DNA of 63,227 nt, filler included, from Asterionella formosa (Eukaryota), in assembly GCA_002256025.1 (NCBI GenBank). It is 16 parts of 16 records of this genome, joined end to end, with 100 filler letters (N's around TTAATTAATTAA, not from the genome) between each part and the next. Parts side by side here need not be neighbours in the genome. Positions count along the whole stretch, not along the records: positions 35,708 to 39,567 come from NKIB01013870.1; positions 39,668 to 43,515 come from NKIB01013871.1; positions 43,616 to 47,461 come from NKIB01013872.1; positions 47,562 to 51,404 come from NKIB01013873.1; positions 51,505 to 55,346 come from NKIB01013874.1; 11 more parts are not named here. One strand, given 5' to 3'. This document shows, in pieces, positions 37,057-51,534 of this stretch. Made by a program: the position numbers and the translations under genes. Numbering within the stretch: position 1 is the stretch's first letter; the number at the start of each line of letters is the position of its first letter. The notes beneath the pieces were generated by a model. The model did not search any database. It was not told the DNA's origin and saw nothing but the letters and a program-made list of their open reading frames with translations.

Positions 37057-39667
37057 GAATAAATTGCTAAGCAGTTAAGGAGTCTATGTCATTCAATTGC
37101 TCGCATCCAAATGGTGAAGTGTGTAGCTTTTTCGATGATCTTACTTGATTTTTGGATATCAAGACGTCGTTAGAGTACCGGTAATGATTTAATATACCAG
37201 CAATCCCACCGTACCGGTACATAGCTATCGTCTTGTTTTTCGATGAGAACTGTCGGTGTCTAAGTAATTTTTGGTATAAATAAATAAGTAATTTTTATTT
37301 AGGGGCAATAAAGGGACACAGAGGATTTTTCGGCAGTCAATTTTAGGTTTGAACTGGAAATAGTTAAAAACATGTCAGGAGTACATAGAATTTTCATAGG
37401 AATTTTCGAAAATCGATTCGAAAATCGAATGGAGATGAATATTGAATCAGAATGTTAAGAATCGAAACCACATCGAAAATGCATGGAGCACCAAGGAAGA
37501 AGGAATACTATGCATGAAAAGTCACAAAAGAATACATAACAAATGTCGAAGAATTCGATGTATTGTTTTTCAGCAACCAAAGTATGAACCGGAAAACAAA
37601 AGGTAAGATGTGACAATGCAGAACAGGGAGTAGAATAAATAGTGAAAAAGATAATGAGTCACCAGAAAAATCTTGTGAAAATTTGTCAACGCATTTTCAT
37701 TTACAATTGTCAACTCACACTTTTTTGTTGTTGTTGAATCGAAACTTCAGAAATGTTCAGATTGGGCCTGGAGGAGCAGCAACTGATAAATAAATTGGTT
37801 TGCAAGGAGTGGCTGCTGGAGTGATGATGAATTTTGGTGGTGGAGGTTGTGGAGCAATTGTTGTGCGATAGTAGACATTAGGTGCAGGTGCTGATTGGTG
37901 CTGGTAGTATCCAGCAGGAGGAGGAGGAGGATTGCTTGACATGTATACAGGCTGATGATGGTGGCTTGGTGTTGGGTAGTAAGAGGGTTGGTGATGATAG
38001 TAGGAGGAATAGGTTGGAGGATGAGAATAGGCAGAGAGGGACAAATGATATGATGTTTCTGGTGCTCACGGAGGTGGAGGGGGTGCTGGTTGGAGGCCAA
38101 GAAGTATTGTGGAGCTGGTTGAGCTTGTAGAAGCAACAGAAGGAGGATGTGGAGATACTATAACACAACCAACAGGATTCGACGAAGAGGGTGTGACTCT
38201 AGGTAAAGTTTCTGGAATGGACAAGGATGAAACCGATTGAGGAGTTTCAGGAGGACAAAGGTATGCACTCTTGACCTTTTCAAACACAGCAGCAATGTGA
38301 GCCTGGTGTTGCCTCTCTATTGAAGGGTTTTGGTATCTGGAGTTAATTTTGGTGGAATAGTGCCAAGATTTATCAAGAACAATCTTGGTTGGAAGGGGAA
38401 CAGTTGAGTTTACCAGAGCAGAGATCATGCCCTTTCTCCGGCCATAAGCTTTGCAACGATCTAGCTTCACCATCCCAGAAGCAGTAGCTAGCAAGGTCTA
38501 CGAAAATTCTACTTGCTTGCATACTAACCTTTACCAAAACAGTCACCAATCTTGTGTCCAGCTTCATAAAGAATACCTAGTTTACACGGAGATATTGATA
38601 AATTTGATAAATCAAGCCACATAGGAGATTGTTCTGTTGTTAAGTAAACCAACGGAATGATACCGACAAGAGCAATTTGATTTTAACAAGAAGGGTTTTA
38701 AGGCGCAAAATATTATGCCATGCCCCTACAGAGTCTACCTCGTGGCCCCAGAAATTGCACCCAGCCATACCACTGAGGCTGCCGCGTACCAGCCCGTTGG
38801 CCCAACCACGACCACTGCTTCCAGCCAGCATGATACAGTGCGTATGTATGATTACATATGTACAAAATACACATCTTCTGAACGATTACATGCAGCATAA
38901 TATTTGTACGGATCGTGCTTAACACCTATACAGCTGCATGTACTGACCCATCAAGGTCGTACCTGCGTATTTGTCATCCATTAAAACGTATACCGGTATA
39001 CGTTTTGTAGGCTTACGTGGGCCACCGAGCTGTTAAGGGGCAATTGAAAACGATTCGTGCAATTACATCGCGGAGTTGAAGGCAACGATCAATGAGGAAC
39101 AAAACGTCCGGGCACTTAACACAAAGTAGCACGTACCTGGTACTAGGTACCAGGGTACCGGTCGGTATGCATCAATGGACGATGACATGTACGTACTCAG
39201 CATGACCACCAGGTACCGTAGCGCAAACGATGAAATGTTTCATCAGTGTTACAAACCTATCGTATGAGGAGCTTGTTTCATAAAATGGTCGCAATATGTA
39301 TGTATCTTGAAAAATATCTGAATAAATCTGTAAAAAATTAAATGATGTAAAGGGAATGTAGCTGAAGGCGTCCACACCTCAGGAGTCCGAATTACCAGGA
39401 TATTCTGCAAGTTTGAAGTGAGGGAAGAAATCTAAGTAAAAGATTCTATTTTTTGTATTTTGCAGGAATCCTGGCTCACTGAGAGCTTTAAGGAGCACTG
39501 ACGGCTTTGAGATAGGCATCGCGCAATAGCGACTTGTAGACGATGAGCCTTTCCCTTTCTTCCCAATNNNNNNNNNNNNNNNNNNNNNNNNNNNNNNNNN
39601 NNNNNNNNNNNTTAATTAATTAANNNNNNNNNNNNNNNNNNNNNNNNNNNNNNNNNNNNNNNNNNNN

Positions 39668-40394
39668 TATTTGACAAATCTCATTGATTTTAAAGCAAAT
39701 TCCAACAGTCTCTTTGGTACACTTCCTACAGAGATTGGATACCTGAGAGGTCTAACATCATTGTATGTACAGGAAAACCAGTTGACTGGTCCGCTTCCTT
39801 CAGAAATTGGCTTTTTGAAAAATATCATTGATTTTAGAGCAAATTCCAACCGTCTCTTTGGCACAGTTCCTACAGAGATTGGATTCTTGACAGGTCTAAC
39901 AGTATTAGTTCTTTGGGAAAACCAGTTGACTGGTGCACTTCCGACAGAAATTGGCAATTTGAAAAATATGGCATTATTTGCTGCAAGCACAAACCATTTC
40001 AATGGAACACTTCCTTCAGAAATTGGATTCTTGACAAGTCTTACATTATTGCATCTATTTAATAATCAGTTGACTGGTGCACTTCCAACGGAAATTGGCA
40101 ATTTGACAAGTCTCAATAATTTTCAGATTCATTCCAATATGTTTACTGGTGCAATTCCCACAGAAATTGGTCTCATGTCATCATTGAGTAAGTTTAGTTT
40201 ATCTGAAACTGACATTTCTTGACCATTTGTTCTAAAATTTCACTTTCTTGACAGCCACATTAAATTTTGGAAAGAACAATTTTACAGGGCCAGTTCCAAC
40301 AGAAGCATGTAATATTGCAACAATAATTTTTTGCCCACCGCTGATTTGCAACTGTGGTAGCTACTGTTCCGCAATTAAGCTCGATTGTGATTAA
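39668..40394 (+). CDS. Plant-type LRR protein, 3' part; intron 40188-40254
   Basis: About seven 24-aa repeats 'N.L.G.LP[ST]EIG.L..L'. Splicing the GTAAGT...ACAG intron gives a final LRR and a Cys-rich cap ending TAA at 40394. Confidence 0.9.
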
Positions 40395-41293
40395 TCATTT
40401 TTGCTCTGATGATTTGTGAACATGCATAATAATAATTTTCTTTCTTAAAGCTGCCAGTAGTTAAATACCAAGTATCTGCTGGTGTTGATTCGAGTCATTT
40501 ATATTTCATTTTAAATATTAGCAAATTGTTTGTCTATTTTCTGTCCTGGAATCTTGGCATGGCATTGTCTGGTGTTGGCGTGGGCAATTCATCAAAATAA
40601 ATCCACTAGCTTGCCTGTTGAGCAGTCCATCGTTTAGTGGGATCCCACTTCATTATATTGGAGAATAACGTGAGACTGACTGGTGATATTCCTAGAAAGC
40701 GATCCCACAGTTTTGCAGGTATAATGTATGGTAGGAAGTTCAATGGTCTCATTTGCAATCAAGGGTAGTTCTAAAATACCTGGCCATATGGCCTCATGTG
40801 GTGTGCCTACTGTGAGAATTATGCTGCATTTCTCATGTGCCCTTGCTCCCTGGTGCCAGGGGTGCAGTGCCATTGGGTATTCAAATGTTTGACGTACGTG
40901 TGATGGTGAGGCTGTGGTATTAAAGTATCTGATGGGTTTCCGGGTCCCCCCTTCATTTTTGTATTGACGATTCGATTTGTAACTTGCTGCCGGATTGGGT
41001 CCGAGCGGATGTGGTTGGGTCTCTTTTGGCAGTTGGTTGATGGCGAGTCATGCTGCGGTGTAGCGATTCTTCTATTGGCATAATAAGGGTTTTTGGGCGA
41101 TGTGTTCATTCCACAGTCAGATATATCTGAATGATGAGGGTCTTCTCGTCTTGCTGCTGTTTGGTGCATGTTAGACAGGCTAGCGCGCTTTTGCAGACAA
41201 TGCCCAATGATTATGAGACATATAATTGAAACTAGACTAATCTGTTATTGATTTGCGTCTTACTTTGGTTATTGTCAAACTGCATTTATTCGT

Positions 41294-43515
41294 TTGAATA
41301 TTTGCTGGTTTCCCTCACGCTTCCCCTGCGCAACACGACAACCGTCGTATTGTAGACTATCGTCTATCATTCTTCGTCGATCCTCTCGACTTCGTGGTCT
41401 AGAACCTAACATGGCTCAAGCTCCCAACGCCCATGCGGCTTTCGTCTTTGCTCTAACCCCAGCTCTCGCAAATCCTGATCCCGTTGATTACAACTCAAAT
41501 GAAGGGATGAAATTGTACAAGTCTGCAACCGAAAAACTCAATCATCCCTTCGATGGTGAAACTGGAGGCCTCCGCCTTTTCCTTCAAGCCTTGCAGCAAC
41601 GAGCCGACGCATTTGGATGTGCCTCCATCCTCACGGTCCCTGATGACCACAACGTTGGGCGAAACCTAATCACCGAATATGTAAGGGTCATCATGGCAAA
41701 TGTGGTTGCTCACGCAGCCACACATGTTCATTCCCAGACGTGTGACGCACAGAACTGTGCGCAGTTGTTTACGTGCATTTACGATTCACTTTCAATGGAG
41801 GCCTTGCTCAAGGTTTCTACAGACTCATCTGCCTATCGTCTTACGTCACCTACAGCCCCTACACACATAGTGGCAAGTGGTGCTGCATTCTTGAAACTTC
41901 TCATTACGAGATGCACGGTCGATACACGATCCACGGTGGCTACCATTCGCCGTACCCTCAGCGTGTTGGATGAAAACATGTTATCGGTGGACTGCAACAT
42001 TGAGAAGTTTAACCTCCATGTCCGTGTGCAACGTGACGCACTTATGTCTCGTGGGGAAACTTCTTCTGACCTACTGACAAATCTGTTTACAGCATACGAG
42101 GCTGTGGAGGATAAAGTGTTCCATGATTACATGATTGGTCAGCAGGATCAGTATCACGATGGACGGGTGGATTTTGATGTGGATTCGCTGATGGACCTGG
42201 CCCTAAATAAATATAAATGGTGTGGGCGGTCCCATCCCAGTGCTTCTCAAAGGCACGGTGAAGTGGCGCATAGAGGACAACCTGGGGTGTATTCACATTT
42301 TTCGTATTCCAGGAACTTATTTTGCCCCGGCGGCCCCCTTTAGAATGTTTTCTCCTCAACATTGGAGTCAGGAGACTAATAAGTGCCTTAAGCAAGGCCT
42401 TAAGGGAGCATGGTGCGCCACCTACGAGGACAGGGTAACTCTCCACTGGGGTAATGATAAATATGTGCGATCTATCTGGCTGGATCCAAGCACAAATGTG
42501 GCAACTGTACAGACTGCACCAGGGTGCACCAGATATCAGATCTACGAGGCCATTATAGGATCAACGAAGGAACACAATAGATCTAAAATGTTTTAATGTT
42601 AACACTGTCACCGATGATGAATGCTCAGACCGTGAGGAGGATGTTAAGGTGCGATCTAAGCTTCCCTACAGTTTGAATGAAGATGAACCATCAATAATTG
42701 GGGGGCCAGAGAAGGGAGATGCCAGTGGAACACATGATCCGTCCGTTAAGGGAGATGCCAGTGGAACACACATTCTTGAGTCTCACCTTGAAACAGTCTT
42801 TCATGACGCATCCGCCAAGCCAACTGAGACTGAAGATCAGGATGCCCTGACGCCTACCACGGAATTGCTTCGTCTCCACTACCGGCTTGGCCATCTGCCC
42901 TTCAGCCAATTGCGGAGCATGGCTGCTACCGGATTTCTTCCCAAGAGACTCTTGCAGGCCCGCATTCCCAAATGCGCTGCCTGCATGTATGGAAAGGCGA
43001 CTCGAAGGGCTTGGAGGTCAAAAGCACCACCAAGCAAGGTGGGGGGCGGAATGGCGACTTTCCCTGGACAGTGCGTCTCCGTGGACCAGATGCAGTCCCC
43101 TACACCAGGGCTGATTGGGCAACTCAAAGGAGTTCCCACCACTCAGCGATATATGGCCGCAACGATCTTTGTTGACCATTTCAGCCGCCTTTCATTTGTC
43201 CACTTGCAGCGATCGCTGACCTCGGATGACACCGTGAAGGCAAAAAGGGCCTTCGAGCGATACTGCGAGTCACACGGCGTGAAGGTGATGCACTACCATG
43301 CTGACAACGGTCGATTTGCGGACACGCTGTTCTTGCAGGACATTGCCGAGCAGCGCCAGAGAATTTCGTATTGTGGTGTCAACGCACATTTTCAAAATGG
43401 TGTGGCAGAGAAACGAATTAGGGACTTACAGGACTTGGCGCGTACTGCGTTATTGCACGCCACTGCCCGATGGCCACGAGTCATGTCAAATTGCCTGTGG
43501 CCATATGCACTGCGT
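41294..43515 (+). mobile_element. Ty1/copia (CoDi-like) retrotransposon with an internal deletion: gag, protease, integrase
   Basis: gag 'FALTPALANPDPVDY...GMKLYKSATEKL' (ATG 41411). The sequence jumps at ~42218 into protease 'KGTVKWRIED'. HHCC region 'LHYRLGHLPF...CAACMYGK'. Integrase core 'VSVDQ...HYHADNGRF...HFQNGVAEKRIR'. Confidence 0.92.
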
Positions 43516-43615
43516 NNNNNNNNNNNNNNNNNNNNNNNNNNNNNNNNNNNNNNNNNNNNTTAATTAATTAANNNNNNNNNNNNNNNNNNNNNNNNNNNNN
43601 NNNNNNNNNNNNNNN

Positions 43616-46600
43616 GACAATTGAGAGTCCGGAGACAAGATCTGAGGGTACCAGACCATCCAGAGTCTGAAGAAGTCGCACAGGGCGCATCATGAGTGGC
43701 AAAGGAAAGTTTACCAAGAAGGCTCAAGCCAAGGGCAAGTTTTAAGCCAAGGGAGGGAGAAATATTGCTTCTCAATCAATCAATCAAGAAGTCAGTCAAT
43801 GACTATAACTACTACCTCGGATCATCGAAGCAGGCATCTGACTATGAGACTACTACTGAGTACCTCATCAATCATATCAAGAAAGTGTTCGACTATGGCA
43901 ATGACATAGGAACCGCGCTCGAGTTATTAGAACCAATCAACACATCGGTATGGAAGCCAAGAATGCAAGTGAGCATGGCAACAACAGAAGAAGATCGCGC
44001 CGCAGAGAATCGGCAATTTGAGATCGAGTTTAAGGCTGACTATGACACCTACAGTAAAAGGGTACAGGCCTACGAAAATAATAATACCAAGGCATATGCG
44101 TTGCTCTGGGAAAGATGCAACAAAGCCATGAAGAACAAGATTGAAGCAAGATCCGATTACAATAGGATCAAAAATAACCCAATAACATTGCTTATGGCAA
44201 TTAAAGAACACGCATTAAATTTTCAAGAGAATCGATATTCAATGTCGATCATTTTAGATGCGATAAGAACGCTTTTATTCACAAACCAAAAAGAAGGAGA
44301 AAGTCTACAAGACTACACCAAGAGATTCTGTGTGGCACGAGATGTGCTCAAGTCACACATGGGAGGACCCATTATCCTCACCAAGTTCGTTGAAGCCATG
44401 GATGGATACAATGAGAACGACATCAAGCAATGAGATAAATTTCGCGAACAAGCTTTCAGTCAATTTATGGCATATTTATATCTCAATAATGCCGATAAAG
44501 GTAAATACGGTTCAATTATGACCGGGCTGAACACTCAGCAATCACTCGGCAACGATCAATACCCGAAGACCATCACCAAATCAAATAATGTTCTCAGCAA
44601 CCATCGGTTTGACGTAACAAATAAATCTGTCTACAAGAAACCAGGAGATAATGATAAGAGAGGAAACAAAAGGATGCAGGCAAGGAAGACGAAGATGTGA
44701 ACTTATCGTTTGCATAGTTAGAAGGAAAATGTTACTGCTGCGGAAAAGCAGGTCACAAATCTCCTTCGTGTCGAGACAAGAATAAACCCAAAGAGGAATG
44801 GGCAATTAACAAGGCCCAAAGCCATGCACAGGCACAGGCTAATACATCTGACACGAGTACAGTTACCTCTGTTAATTCCAACAACCCGCCATCATCACAA
44901 GCTTCTCAACAAGCAAATGCCAATCAATTTGGATGGATGGGAGCTCATATGAAACTACAATTTTACCAAGCATCTGAGATGCGGAGAAGTATGGTTTTAA
45001 TGAGAAGGCAATCACCAACATCTTCAGTTATGCCGAAATGGCAGATAGGAAAAGAATTACCTATGACTCCGAGAAAGAAGATGCATTCATTGTTCATTTG
45101 CCTGACAAAACAGTTCAATTCAAAAGAATTGGGATGAACTTATATGTTTTCAAGCCAACTACAAGAATTAGAGCGGAGAATGCTCAAATGTTAAATACAC
45201 TTGAAGAAAACAAAACATTTTACACTGAACGTCAATTTCAGAGAGCTAAGCGAGCTCGCGATCTATTTCATGCCTTGAGTACACCATCAATTAACGATTT
45301 CAAGGCAATAATTCGTATGAATACGATCAACAATAATCCAGTGACTACCGATGATATCAAAATTGCAGAGAAAATTTTTGGACCTGACATCGGAACACTA
45401 AAAGGCAAGACAACTCGTCGCAAGCCGCTGCCAGTTGTGAACGACTACATCGAGATTCCTAAGGAGCTTATCCAAGCTCAACAAGAAGTGACTCTTTGCA
45501 TGGACAGAATGAAAGTCAATGGACAATCATTTCTCACAACAATTTCTCGAAACATAATGTATAGGACAGCGCAATGGGTCAAGAATCAGACAGCTGAAGT
45601 CTATCGAGATGCTTTGATTCAAGTATTCCGTGTTTATAATACCGGAGGATTTAAAATTACAACAATCCACTGTGACAATGAGTTTCGACCTTTGATGGAA
45701 AAAATTTCCAATGAATTTCAAGTCACTATGAACTACGCAAACCCACAAGAACATGTTCCTGAAGCGGAGCGAAATAATCGAGTGATTAATGAACGCGTGC
45801 GCACAGCTGATCATCGATTACCTTTCAAACATTTGCCACGACTGATGATTAAGATTCTAGTGACAGAATCTGCAAAGAAACTGAATTTCTTTCCGGCAAA
45901 GAACGGGATATCCCTGTATTACAGTCCTCGTATGATTCTACATCAACGAAACCTGGACTATGCTCGACATTGCCAGTACACATTTGGCACTTATGTCCAA
46001 GCACATGAAGAACCTGTGTTTTCAAACACTAATGCACCTCGCAGCCTAGATTGCATTTTTCTACGCTACAATCACAATGTGCAAGGAGGTCATGAATTGT
46101 TACACCTACCTACAAATTCATTGATCACTAGACAAACAATTACCCCTCTACCACTTACCCCAGCAATCATGAATCAAGTACACGCCCTTGCTGTGCAGGA
46201 GAATATGCCAGATGGTCTCAAGATATCAAATCGAACGGGACAACTATTTTATGATAGTGCTTGGATTGCAGGAGTGGATTATGATAATGAAGCATTTGAA
46301 GATGCACAAGATGAAGATTATGAAGATCAAGATGCTGGTGACAACGAAAGCAATGATGAAATTTTCGGAGAAGAAGACTATGATGAAATGACTCCGGATG
46401 AGATATATGAAGCAGAACAGCTTGAATTAAACAACAATACTCAAGAGGATGACCCTGAACCTGACGAGGGCAACAATGAGAATAATATCGAAATGAATGC
46501 AGATGATATCCAAGATGAGGATGAAGAGCCAGCAAATGAAACTGAAAACGAAGAGGCATTGTTAGAAGTCAATCCAAGCACTCAGGATGACTCAGACCCA

Positions 46601-47461
46601 AATGTTAGAACTACAAGGTCTGGAAGAGTCTCAAGACCACCGTCAAAACTAACCATGGTCCAAAATCATTTGCATACCCAAGCACACTGTCGAGAAGAAT
46701 ACACGACTGATAATGCGAGAGTGATCGCAAAGACAATGTGTTATATGAATGAGATGGTATCGATAAAGAAGCATTTCACTTTGTTCAGTCATACAGCTTG
46801 AGGAAAGGCCTCAAGAAATTTGGCCAGAAAGGAAGAGACGCTGCTTATAAGGAAATGAAACAACTACATGATAGAGTTGTGTTTGAACCGATTAGGATTG
46901 AAGACCTAACCGATATCGAAAAGCGACGTGCAATGGAAAGTCTAATTTTTTTGGTTGAAAAGAGAGACAAGAGCATTAAAGGCAGAGCATGTGCCAATGG
47001 CAGTTCGCAACGTGAATACATGGAAAGAGATGAAGCAGCTAGTCCAACTACCATGACTGAATCTGTTATGATAACAGCAATAATTGATGCGAAGCAAAAT
47101 CGTGATGTTATGACTGCGGATATACCTAATGCATTTGTGCAAGTGGATATCGATGAGAAAGAAAAAGGGGAGCAAATCATTATGAAGATTAGAGGTTGAC
47201 TTGTCAATATGTTGACAGAACTCAGCCCCGAGACTTATGAAAATTATGTTGTTTATGAAGGTAACAACAAGGTCCTATATGTTAGGATGATCAAGGCATT
47301 ATATGGCATGTTACAGTCATCATTATTATATTACAAGAAATTTCGGAAGGATATTGAGTCAATTGGATTCAAGGTAAACCCATATGATCCATGTGTTGCA
47401 AATCGCATTGTTAATGGCAAACAGCACACAGTTACTTGGCACGTAGACGATTTGAAATCAA
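43616..47461 (+). mobile_element. Degenerate Ty1/copia retrotransposon: gag with zinc knuckle, integrase, reverse transcriptase
   Basis: Zinc knuckle 'CYCCGKAGHKSPSC' near 44730. Integrase 'IHCDNEF...EHVPEAERNNR'. RT 'IKGRACANG', 'ADIPNAF', 'KALYG' and 'WHVDDLK'. Several stops and frameshifts. Confidence 0.95.
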
Positions 47462-47561
47462 NNNNNNNNNNNNNNNNNNNNNNNNNNNNNNNNNNNNNNN
47501 NNNNNTTAATTAATTAANNNNNNNNNNNNNNNNNNNNNNNNNNNNNNNNNNNNNNNNNNNN

Positions 47562-48209
47562 CTTGAAAGTTCTTGTAGCACGCGTATGCGAGAAACTTCG
47601 CTTTCCACATGTGCCATTTAGCATCTTGCCCATCGAATGTCGGCAACCTCACTGACGTGTCTTTGTCACTTCCCATCGTTCCTGAGTAGCCTGTGGCCTT
47701 AAAGTGAACGCTTTAAAGCGTGTTGAAAGGTCTCGTACTCCTTCCCGTCTGACGGGTTCCTCTTACGTAGAACTTACCTGTTATACCACTAGTATTGTTA
47801 TCTTCTTTCTGCTGCTAGCCTTCGTGCTAGTTTTCGCTATTGACCTTTCTCTGTCAATTCTCACTGTTTCTTAATTATAAGATTAAACTAAAACTAAGTT
47901 TCAATCCCATTCATCACACTTCGAGAACCTGTTCTTCGTGTTCCCTTTTCGTTGATGTAAACCTTCTTCTGATTGATCTAAGACATCAATCTCGTTAGCA
48001 AGCTTCTTGACATGGGAACGCACCATTTGACTCATTGGACTATAGTCGAGTCCACAGTCCTTGTGACTCATTATAGCCATTGATGCTATATTCTTGACAG
48101 GGTGTATCACTGATACAGTTTTTGGACCCCTGACCAATTCTGTACCAGTGATACAGCCGTTGATCGCTGTGTATCACGTCCATTGCCACTGATAAAATAA
48201 CTGTAGACA
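47562..48209 (-). mobile_element. 5' end of another copia element (putative LTR ~48209-47779, gag start at 47676)
   Basis: MGSDKDTSVRLPTFDGQDAKWHMWKAKFLAYA is a typical gag N-terminus. An upstream segment is bounded by TGT...ACA. Confidence 0.6.
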
Positions 48210-48939
48210 TGCCAGCACCAATTATATAATTTATTTTGTTAATGGAAAATCAACATTTGCAACACAGCGCAACATGAAAGCACCACTGGTGCAATCGATT
48301 GATATAATGGCTTCTATAATTCAAATTCTACCCTCACACCACTTTTTTTAAGCCCTTTTGTCATATGATAGTATTGTTGTAGTCGTATTAGCAGTCATAG
48401 CTTTAGTCATTGCTGTAACAAATCAATAGTTTATTTGCAATCCTATAAATTGATGAATGTTCTTCTACATTGTAGATTTGTAATTTATGTAATTTTAAAG
48501 ATATATTTATATTTCCTTTTCTATTTTTCTTATGTAATTTTAAAGATATATCTATATTTTCTTTTCTATTGCATCATTCATACAATGATATCTTAGACCT
48601 CAAAGGCGCAGTGACTCCTTTGCCATTTTGATGGAGAAAGAGCGGATTATCAACATGGTCAATGTGTTGACGACAACATGTTGACGAGTCTCTCAATACC
48701 TGGTACCAGCCAGGGTACTAGGCTAGTAGCATGTACACAAAGGCTCCGTAAGATGATATGATATTTGTTATTATATTCCGGTTGTTTCTATTTAGGCTAC
48801 GCATATACATTCTACTGCTCATACATGTTTTTACATGTTTGTCGCTGGCCTGTTGCTGCTAACGATTCATGTTACTCCATGATACATTGTGATACAAATT
48901 AGTGATACAGTGTCACGTTTGGAATAAATGAAATTCAGT

Positions 48940-49089
48940 TCAAATCGAGTTACTTTTGCTGATACATTTTCAAAAAGTTTCAAATTCCGTGATATACAAA
49001 AATTGATAAGAACTGCTGTTCTTTCATTTTTCATCATGCACCAGTATCACTAAATTTGAAAATGTATTAGCAATGGTAACTCGATTTGA
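48940..49089. repeat. Imperfect inverted repeat (~35-bp arms)
   Basis: tcaaatcgagttacttttgctgatacattttcaaa ... tttgaaaatgtattagcaatggtaactcgatttga. Confidence 0.75.
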
Positions 49090-49109
49090 GTAGTATACAT
49101 AATTAAAGT

Positions 49110-51404
49110 TTATACAATGCATGATGAGTTCATAGTTTTCCACAACCTGTAGAATTTTTTCAATTTGTTTTGTTTCAATTCTTGTACCTACAAGTCAGTG
49201 GCTGATTTGATTAAGCCCCTTAATAAACAGGAGTCATCACCAATTTTTCAAATGGTCGAAATCATACATTAATGTAAATAGACATATTGACCAAAATTCA
49301 TATGGCCTACCGGTAGTACTGTATACTTGCTGGGAATTATGGGAATTATTTCTATCATGGAAATGCCACAATAGTGCAGCGGAAAACTGAATATGCTCAT
49401 GTGTTCAGGATCAATTGATTTAACCCATTTTTTTAAGATTAATTTATCCTGATTTCTGAAAATAAATTTTGATCTTTCATTTTCTCATCAACGACACCGT
49501 TTATCATATGATAAATATGTTATGATCGAAGGTATAGGATAAACGAATCAAAATTTATTAATTAAAGATCATAGTTTATACCGGAGAAGTTGCTCATGCA
49601 TGCAACCCCTTCCCCCCTGTATACAGTACGGAACAAGTGATAACCCCCAAGCTACCAAATTTTTATGTCTTGTAAGAATTATTGCAGCATGCATGCCTAC
49701 TACATGACTCCTACTGGTATATACAATGCGGAAATGATGACCACCAGACTACCAATCCCATAGGTTGTGTAGAATTATCGCAACATGGTTGCATATCTAA
49801 TGAAAGGGCGGGAGGAGTCATCCATGATGCTGCACCTGTATAGTATGAAATATGGAAATGATCAAATATAGCTAGTCTACACAAGGAGCAGTGCATCATA
49901 TATGCCCTGCTGTTGTTGTATTAATTCCTATGAAATCTCTTGATCTGTTCTGCCCTTTTTCGCCACCACAATAGTTTTCATTGGCTGTTTCACTGGACAG
50001 CATTCGAATTGAATGTGATTCGAACGAAGCAATGATCAAAGTCCACCCCATTGCAGAATGGTGAGTTTCACAACTAAGTATCAGCCAGTCGATTAAAATT
50101 TGACTGTCTTTTGTGCACCATCGTTGTGTTTGTACTTGACTTGGCAACTGTCAGCCAAGAGCAGCCATGGTAGCTATGCCGCCATTATTTGTCTGAACGA
50201 ATTTTCGAATGAGTTCAGCTATGATAACTTTTGCTCCTAGACACTATCACACCACCCTTGTCATAGATTTTTCTTTATCCTTTAGCTGCACAGGCCCAGG
50301 TTACTCAATGCCTTCATCTGCAAGTTCAGCCAAGCAGGCCCAAGTTGGCGTCGAGAAAACCTCAACCCCGATTTTCCTCACATGCTCCACCCATTGACTT
50401 GGCCGTCTTCATTGATGAAGTCGAGGTAGCTATATTGACGACATCAGGTGGCGCAGGCTTGTGTATAGATTGATGATGCTGAAAGCAATGCTTCCTTTTC
50501 CCGTAGGTACCTATTTGTCAACATTTTTTGGGTCAATCTATTCTTGTTCCCGCAAGACCAGAAGCAATTATCCCTTTACTACTTCTCCTCCCAAGAACCT
50601 TCATTTCTCTTTCACAATTGTCCTGATGTTTGCAGAGCATTTTTAGTTCCCTTTTGAATTTTTCCACTGGTTTCGAGGATCCCTTTTGCATTCAAGTCAA
50701 GAAACAAGCAACTCATTGAGATTTCTGGAGGTTTTGGTCAGTGGCACCATACAGCAAGCAACAATCAACAGATCATGGCGGCTGTTCTCCATTTTCTGTA
50801 GCAAGTGACATTCAAGAAGGGTCTGGGATCATTGGGGAGAAAAATTAGTAGGCTTCTCTGTGTTTGCCCCCGCCCGTTTGGTAGCCAGTCTACCATTGCA
50901 TCCTCTCAATCAATACTAGTATAGCTAATGAAAACCGTAATTAGATGAAATGTGACTTCCGGTTTCTAATATTTTACATTGTTGCACTAATGAAACTTGA
51001 ATCCATAAATGGGCACTCAACTTATTGTGCTTCTTGCATTTTTGCAGTATTGACTGACTGGTGGTCGATAGGCCAAAGTGTCTCGCTTTTTATGAACATC
51101 TACAAAGTGCTAGTGCTTTTGTCGAGGTTTGTGTCTAAATCCAAGTACTGCCATCCATTGAAACATTCCAGATACATCAAAGAATACGCTCTTGTCTTCA
51201 AAGGTAAGGAACTATTACGATGACAAAGGAAATCTGATGAGACATGAAAATTACGAAACCAGAATCAGCCACTGGGCCTCTGTCACTTTAAATAGACAGT
51301 CTCGTGCTTCTTTGTGAATATCTCCTGCTATGCTGCGTTTCAATTCTAGATGTATTACGTTCTTGTTAGAGAGACGATGTTACAGAGAAGTAGATTGTGC
51401 TGTT
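49110..51404. repeat. Dispersed repeat family A, long copy
   Basis: Colinear with 13770-15590, plus an extra ~430-bp segment (~49280-49710). Confidence 0.85.
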
Positions 51405-51534
51405 NNNNNNNNNNNNNNNNNNNNNNNNNNNNNNNNNNNNNNNNNNNNTTAATTAATTAANNNNNNNNNNNNNNNNNNNNNNNNNNNNNNNNNNNNNNNN
51501 NNNNCAACAAAACCAACCTAAGCAACAAGGAAAC

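Noticed and set aside
37747..38494. Overlapping Pro/His/Tyr/Gln-rich ORFs
   Set aside because: Low complexity and frameshifted, with no recognisable domain. Probably a decayed gene or TE remnant.
1110..47199. General UGA reassignment suggested by in-frame TGAs at 1110, 26611, 44431 and 47197
   Set aside because: Those TGAs are in decayed TEs or a truncated gene that also have frameshifts or deletions, and they are not at Cys positions. The intact RING and NF-YB genes end in TGA, so UGA is a normal stop here.
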